IMG/VR virus record: IMGVR_UViG_2721755728_000004
Source: a virus
Taxonomy: Duplodnaviria; Heunggongvirae; Uroviricota; Caudoviricetes
Length of the DNA: 49,782 bases
Strand: one strand, 5' to 3'
Shown: positions 44,528-49,782 of the stretch, one piece after another
Position numbering within the stretch: the first letter of the stretch is position 1
Layout of the letters: each line of letters starts with the position of its first letter
Translations under genes and position numbers: made by a program
The notes under the pieces: model-generated
Databases searched by the model: none
What the model was told of the DNA's origin: nothing
What the model saw: only the letters and a program-made list of their open reading frames with translations

Positions 44528-44716
44528 ATGAAAACGTTATTACCAAACGTTAATACGTCTGAAGGTTGTTTTGAAATTGGTGTCACTATCAGTAACCCTG
44601 TATTTACTGAAGATGCCATTAACAAGAGAAAACAAGAACGGGAGCTATTAAATAAAATATGCATTGTTTCAATGCTGGCTCGTTTACGTCTGATGCCAAA
44701 AGGATGTGCACAATGA
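44528..44716 (+). CDS. dicB: Cell division inhibitor DicB
   Basis: 62 aa, MKTLLPNVNTSEGCFEIGV..LMPKGCAQ. Confidence 0.85.
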   Translation: MKTLLPNVNTSEGCFEIGVTISNPVFTEDAINKRKQERELLNKICIVSMLARLRLMPKGCAQ

Positions 44717-44904
44717 ATTCAGCATTTGCGCTTGTTCTGACAGTTTTTCTTGTTTCCGGAGTGCCAGTTGATATTGCAGTCAGTGTTCACAGGACAATGC
44801 AGGAGTGTATGACTGCAGCAACCGAACAGAAAATTCCCGGTAACTGTTACCCGGTCGATAAAGTTATTCACCAGGATAATATCGAAATCCCGGCAGGTCT
44901 TTAA
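44713..44904 (+). CDS. ydfD: Small membrane protein YdfD
   Basis: 63 aa, MNSAFALVLTVFLVSGVPV.. with one TM segment; start overlaps the dicB stop (ATGA). Confidence 0.75.
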   Translation: MNSAFALVLTVFLVSGVPVDIAVSVHRTMQECMTAATEQKIPGNCYPVDKVIHQDNIEIPAGL

Positions 44905-44997
44905 AACAGTTCCGTAATAAATATCCGGTTTCATTCTTATATGCCAGCAATGGCAGGGATTTGTTCATCCTTAAATCTGTCATGAGGTTAAAACAAA

Positions 44998-47469
44998 ATG
45001 AGTAAAGTCTTTATTTGCGCCGCTATTCCTGACGAACTGGCAACAAGGGAAGAAGGCGCTGTGGCTGTAGCCACAGCCATTGAAGCTGGCGACGAACGCC
45101 GTGCTCGAGCAAAATTTCACTGGCAGTTCCTGGAACATTATCCGGCTGCTCAGGACTGCGCTTATAAATTTATTGTCTGCGAGGATAAACCTGGCATACC
45201 CCGCCCTGCCCTCGATTCATGGGATGCTGAATATATGCAGGAAAACCGCTGGGATGAGGAGTCTGCTTCTTTTGTCCCGGTTGAGACTGAATCCGATCCG
45301 ATGAACGTCACTTTTGACAAGCTGGCCCCTGAAGTACAGAACGCTGTCATGGTTAAGTTCGACACATGTGAAAACATCACCGTTGATATGGTTATTAGCG
45401 CACAGGAATTGTTGCAGGAAGACATGGCAACATTCGACGGACATATCGTTGAAGCGTTGATGAAAATGCCAGAAGTTAACGCCATGTATCCGGAGCTTAA
45501 GTTGCACGCCATTGGGTGGGTTAAGCATAAATGTATTCCTGGTGCTAAATGGCCCGAAATTCAGGCAGAGATGCGCATCTGGAAAAAACGTCGCGAAGGT
45601 GAACGCAAGGAAACCGGAAAATACACGTCTGTTGTTGATCTCGCCCGCGCCAGAGCCAATCAACAGTACACTGAAAATTCAACAGGAAAAATCAGCCCGG
45701 TCATTGCTGCCATTCATCGCGAATACAAGCAGACATGGAAAACACTGGATGACGAACTGGCCTACGCTCTCTGGCCTGGTGATGTGGATGCCGGAAACAT
45801 TGACGGCAGCATCCATCGCTGGGCAAAAAAAGAAGTTATCGACAACTACCGCGAAGACTGGAAGCGTATCTCGGCATCAATGCGCAAACAGCCTGATGCC
45901 CTTCGCTACGACCGCCAAACTATTTTTGGCCTTGTCCGTGAGCGTCCGATCGACATTCACAAAGATCCCGTAGCACTGAACAAATATATCTGCGAATACC
46001 TGACGACAAAGGGCGTGTTTGAGAATGAAGAAACAGACCTGGGCACTGTTGATGTTCTCCAGTCATCAGAAACACAAACTGATGCAGTGGAAACTGAGGT
46101 ATCTGATATCCCAAAAAATGAAACCGCGCCGGAAGCTGAACCATCTGTAGAGCGTGAGGGGCCGTTCTATTTCCTCTTCGCAGATAAGGACGGAGAAAAA
46201 TACGGTCGCGCAAACAAACTTTCTGGTCTGGATAAGGCAGTGGCTGCTGGCGCCACTGAAATCACAAAAGAAGAATATTTTGCCCGAAAAAATAGCACAT
46301 ACACGGGCTTACCGCAAAATGTAGATACCGCTGAAGATTCAGAACAACCAGAGCCGATAAAAGTTACCGCTGACGAAGTAAACAAAATTATGCAGGCAGC
46401 CAATATCAGCCAGCCTGACGCCGATAAGTTGCTTGCTGCATCACGTGGTGAATTTGTTGAAGGGATTAGTGACCCGAATGATCCGAAATGGGTTAAGGGG
46501 ATCCAGACCCGCGATTCTGTGAACCAGAACCAGCATGAATCGGAACGGAACTACCAAAAAGCGGAACAAAACAGTCCAAATGCGTTACAAAACGAGCCAG
46601 AAACGAAACAGCCTGAACCAGTGGCGCACCAGGAAGTGGAAAAAGCCTGCACCGCCTGCGGTCAGACCGGCGGCGGCAACTGCCCTGATTGTGGCGCGGT
46701 GATGGGCGACGCAACATACCAAGAAACATTCGATGAAGAGTATCAGGTTGAAGTTCAGGAAGATGATCCGGAGGAAATGGAAGGCGCTGAACATCCACAC
46801 AAGGAGAACACTGGCGGCAATCAGCATCACAATAGCGATAATGAAACTGGCGAGACGGCAGATCACCCAATTAAGGTGAACGGTCATCACGAAATCACAT
46901 CCACCAGCAGGACGTGTGACCATCTAATGATCGACCTTGAAACCATGGGAAAAAATCCTGATGCCCCGATCATCTCAATAGGTGCAATATTTTTCGATCC
47001 GCAAACCGGAGATATGGGACCGGAATTTAGTAAGACTATCGATCTGGAAACTGCTGGCGGAGTCATTGATCGGGACACCATTAAATGGTGGCTTAAGCAA
47101 TCACGCGAAGCGCAATCTGCCATTATGACCGATGAAATCCCGTTAGATGATGCACTGTTACAATTGCGGGAATTTATCGACGAAAACTCCGGTGAATTTT
47201 TTGTTCAGGTTTGGGGAAATGGAGCCAACTTCGACAACACGATTTTGCGTCGTTCATACGAACGGCAGGGGATCCCCTGCCCGTGGCGTTACTACAACGA
47301 TCGCGATGTACGCACAATCGTTGAGCTGGGGAAAGCCATAGACTTCGATGCCAGAACGGCTATTCCATTCGAAGGTGAGCGCCATAATGCACTTGATGAC
47401 GCCCGTTACCAGGCAAAATACGTTTCAGTTATCTGGCAAAAACTGATCCCGAGTCAGGCTGATTCTTAA
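44998..47469 (+). CDS. Large prophage protein with C-terminal DnaQ-like 3'-5' exonuclease domain (YdfE-like)
   Basis: 823 aa; C-terminal DEDDh motifs (DLETMG, WGNGANFD, HNALDDARYQ); Cys4 motif CTACGQTGGGNCPDCG; acidic central region. Confidence 0.7.
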   Translation: MSKVFICAAIPDELATREEGAVAVATAIEAGDERRARAKFHWQFLEHYPAAQDCAYKFIVCEDKPGIPRPALDSWDAEYMQENRWDEESASFVPVETESDPMNVTFDKLAPEVQNAVMVKFDTCENITVDMVISAQELLQEDMATFDGHIVEALMKMPEVNAMYPELKLHAIGWVKHKCIPGAKWPEIQAEMRIWKKRREGERKETGKYTSVVDLARARANQQYTENSTGKISPVIAAIHREYKQTWKTLDDELAYALWPGDVDAGNIDGSIHRWAKKEVIDNYREDWKRISASMRKQPDALRYDRQTIFGLVRERPIDIHKDPVALNKYICEYLTTKGVFENEETDLGTVDVLQSSETQTDAVETEVSDIPKNETAPEAEPSVEREGPFYFLFADKDGEKYGRANKLSGLDKAVAAGATEITKEEYFARKNSTYTGLPQNVDTAEDSEQPEPIKVTADEVNKIMQAANISQPDADKLLAASRGEFVEGISDPNDPKWVKGIQTRDSVNQNQHESERNYQKAEQNSPNALQNEPETKQPEPVAHQEVEKACTACGQTGGGNCPDCGAVMGDATYQETFDEEYQVEVQEDDPEEMEGAEHPHKENTGGNQHHNSDNETGETADHPIKVNGHHEITSTSRTCDHLMIDLETMGKNPDAPIISIGAIFFDPQTGDMGPEFSKTIDLETAGGVIDRDTIKWWLKQSREAQSAIMTDEIPLDDALLQLREFIDENSGEFFVQVWGNGANFDNTILRRSYERQGIPCPWRYYNDRDVRTIVELGKAIDFDARTAIPFEGERHNALDDARYQAKYVSVIWQKLIPSQADS

Positions 47470-47541
47470 TGTTCAACTGTCGCCGGTTGTGACTGGTATT
47501 CTGCAACCGGCGCTCGTCTGATGTAAGAGATAAAGAAATCG

Positions 47542-47793
47542 ATGAGCGAAGTAATCATGATTGTCTCTCCCGGCAAATGGGTATCCGAAGAGCAGTTAAT
47601 TGCGCTGAAAGGAATAAAAAAAGGTACGTTAAAAAAGGCCCGGGAAAAATCGTTTATGGAAGGAAGGGAATATAAGCATGTCGCTCATGACGGTATGCCA
47701 TGGGATAACAGTCCATGCTTTTACAACCTGGAAGAAATTGATCGCTGGATTGAGCGCCAGGCATCAGCAAGACCAAGACGTCATCTTACTTGA
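47542..47793 (+). CDS. Excisionase-like protein
   Basis: 83-aa basic protein immediately upstream of int; assignment by position and size only. Confidence 0.45.
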   Translation: MSEVIMIVSPGKWVSEEQLIALKGIKKGTLKKAREKSFMEGREYKHVAHDGMPWDNSPCFYNLEEIDRWIERQASARPRRHLT

Positions 47794-47812
47794 CTAAAAG
47801 CCACACTAACTA

Positions 47813-49279
47813 ATGAGAGAAGTTGAAATGAAATATCCGACAGGCGTGGAAAACCATGGAGGGAAATTACGTATCTGGTTTGTTTATAAAGGCGTAAGAG
47901 TCAGGGAAAACCTGGGGGTTCCTGACACAGCAAAAAACAGGCGCGTTGCAGGTGAGCTACGCGCCTCTGTTTGTTACGCAATAAAAACTGGTGTTTTCGA
48001 CTATGCAAAACAGTTTCCCTCCTCACGCCATCTGGAAAAATTTGGTGAGACCCGACAAGATTTAACCATAAAAGAACTGGCTGAAAAATTTCTGGCACTG
48101 AAAGAAACTGAAGTCGCAAAAACATCACTCAACACATACCGTGCCGTCATCAAAAATATCCTGAGCATAATCGGTGAAAAAAATCTTGCCTCATCGATTA
48201 ATAAAGAAAAATTACTGGAGGTTCGTAAAGAGCTACTGACTGGATACCAGATCCCCAAAAGTAACTATATTGTTACACAACCAGGGAGATCGGCTGTAAC
48301 TGTAAATAATTACATGACAAATCTTAACGCCGTGTTCCAGTTTGGTGTTGATAACGGTTACCTGGCAGATAACCCGTTTAAGGGGATCTCGCCATTAAAG
48401 GAATCAAGAACCATTCCGGATCCTCTTTCGCGGGAGGAATTCATCCGTCTTATCGATGCGTGCAGAAATCAGCAAGCCAAAAATTTATGGTGTGTTTCTG
48501 TTTATACTGGCGTTCGCCCTGGTGAGCTGTGTGCACTTGGATGGGAGGACATAGATCTGAAAAATGGAACAATGATGATCAGGAGAAATTTAGCAAAAGA
48601 CCGTTTCACGGTACCAAAAACACAGGCGGGAACCAATCGGGTCATTCATCTTATTAAGCCAGCAATCGACGCTCTCCGGAGTCAGATGACATTAACGAGA
48701 CTGAGCAAAGAGCATATCATTGATGTTCACCTCAGAGAGTATGGCAGAACAGAAAAACATAAATGCACCTTTGTTTTTCAACCTGAAGTGTCAGCGAGAG
48801 TAAAAAATTATGGTGACCATTTTACCGTTGACTCAATAAGGCAGATGTGGGACGCAGCGATAAAACGTGCCGGACTCCGCCATCGAAAATCATATCAGTC
48901 GAGACATACTTATGCCTGCTGGTCGCTGACAGCTGGTGCTAACCCGGCATTTATAGCAAACCAGATGGGCCATGCAGATGCGCAAATGGTATTTCAGGTA
49001 TACGGAAAATGGATGTCTGAAAACAATAATGCACAGGTAGCTTTGTTAAATACACAGTTAAGCGAGTTTGCCCCAACCATGCCCCATAAATCTTCAATGC
49101 TTTTACCAAAGCGCGCCGCTTCAATAGGCGTTAAGCGATGGTGCATGTCATGCAGCAAATGTTCATTAAAACCAAACTTGTTACGTACCGCGTCAAACAA
49201 TTTCGGCATGAAATCGAGGTATTTCTCCGTCGACCACAGCTGCTCTTCCGGCCACTGTCCTTTGGTTGCGGGTTCATAA
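47813..49279 (+). CDS. Tyrosine integrase; the 3' end of the ORF reads into host rspA antisense sequence
   Basis: Catalytic region with ..HTYACW.. and ..[16 protein letters not shown].. (LGH...Y motif, Tyr near 49004). The last 63 codons beyond about 49089 are antisense to rspA and are probably not native. Confidence 0.8.
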   Translation: MREVEMKYPTGVENHGGKLRIWFVYKGVRVRENLGVPDTAKNRRVAGELRASVCYAIKTGVFDYAKQFPSSRHLEKFGETRQDLTIKELAEKFLALKETEVAKTSLNTYRAVIKNILSIIGEKNLASSINKEKLLEVRKELLTGYQIPKSNYIVTQPGRSAVTVNNYMTNLNAVFQFGVDNGYLADNPFKGISPLKESRTIPDPLSREEFIRLIDACRNQQAKNLWCVSVYTGVRPGELCALGWEDIDLKNGTMMIRRNLAKDRFTVPKTQAGTNRVIHLIKPAIDALRSQMTLTRLSKEHIIDVHLREYGRTEKHKCTFVFQPEVSARVKNYGDHFTVDSIRQMWDAAIKRAGLRHRKSYQSRHTYACWSLTAGANPAFIANQMGHADAQMVFQVYGKWMSENNNAQVALLNTQLSEFAPTMPHKSSMLLPKRAASIGVKRWCMSCSKCSLKPNLLRTASNNFGMKSRYFSVDHSCSSGHCPLVAGS

Positions 49280-49782
49280 GCCAGACCTTTACCTTTCGAC
49301 ATGCCGTAGGTGGTTTTCATACCAGGGATTCCGCACTGCACGCGGATGGCTTTGAATCCCAGCTCCTGATGACGGGCATAATCATCCAGAGCTTCATCAA
49401 TACTGTGACCGGTGGTATGGCAATAAACCATCACCCCTTCACGAGACGCGCCGCCGAGTAACTGGTAAAGCGGCATGTTGGCCGCTTTGGCTTTAATATC
49501 CCACAGCGCCATATCAACCGCTGAAATGGCCGACATCGTAACCGGACCGCGACGCCAGTAAGCACCTTTATAGAAAAACTGCCAGATATCTTCGATACGG
49601 TGCGCATCGCGACCAATAAGCTGCGGACAAAGGTGATCCTGCAAATAAGAGGCCACGGAAAGCTCACGTCCATTGAGAGTGGCATCCCCAAGGCCCGTAA
49701 TACCGTCCTCAGTGGTGATTTTTAATGTGACGAAATTACGCCCCGGACAGGTAACAAAAACTTCAGCCTTTACGATCTTCAT
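49090..49782 (-). pseudogene. rspA: Enolase-superfamily dehydratase RspA, 3'-truncated at the prophage junction
   Basis: N-terminus [33 protein letters not shown].. starts at the window end. The ORF is only 262 aa (family members are about 400 aa) and diverges after ..FGKSIED into sequence encoded by phage DNA. Confidence 0.6.

Noticed and set aside
49090-49279. C-terminal 63 residues of the integrase ORF as a genuine domain
   Set aside because: This stretch is the antisense of the rspA coding sequence; it is best explained as fortuitous read-through past the prophage junction.

Overview
The window is almost entirely one lambdoid prophage (about 47.8 kb, roughly 1285..49089) at the E. coli Qin locus, flanked by host ydfJ (MFS transporter, left) and a 3'-truncated rspA (right). 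All calls rest on reading the six-frame translations and the raw sequence against remembered protein families; no database search was run, so gene names are recollections. On the minus strand the prophage carries a full late region: terminase, portal, a ClpP-protease/major-capsid fusion, lambda-like tail genes Z-U-V-G-T-H-M-L-K-I-J, lom, stf-tfa and a Pin invertase. It also carries the Qin-type lysis and cold-shock block (essQ, ydfR, endolysin, Rz/Rz1, cspI, cspB, cspF, gnsB), Q antiterminator, relBE-hokD, flxA, a DicA/DicC immunity switch, the dicB operon with DicF sRNA, and xis-int. The element looks decayed: the large terminase and the side tail fiber each carry a frameshift, an IS-like transposase sits in the early region, and the integrase ORF reads straight into rspA with no recognisable attR. 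I could not identify a clearly new defence system from sequence alone. The best candidates for undescribed or accessory function are the morons inside the structural operon: a P22 immI-like mnt/arc/ant module between K and L, a lipoprotein with its own terminator between I and J, and a convergent small-ORF pair next to the putative cos site.
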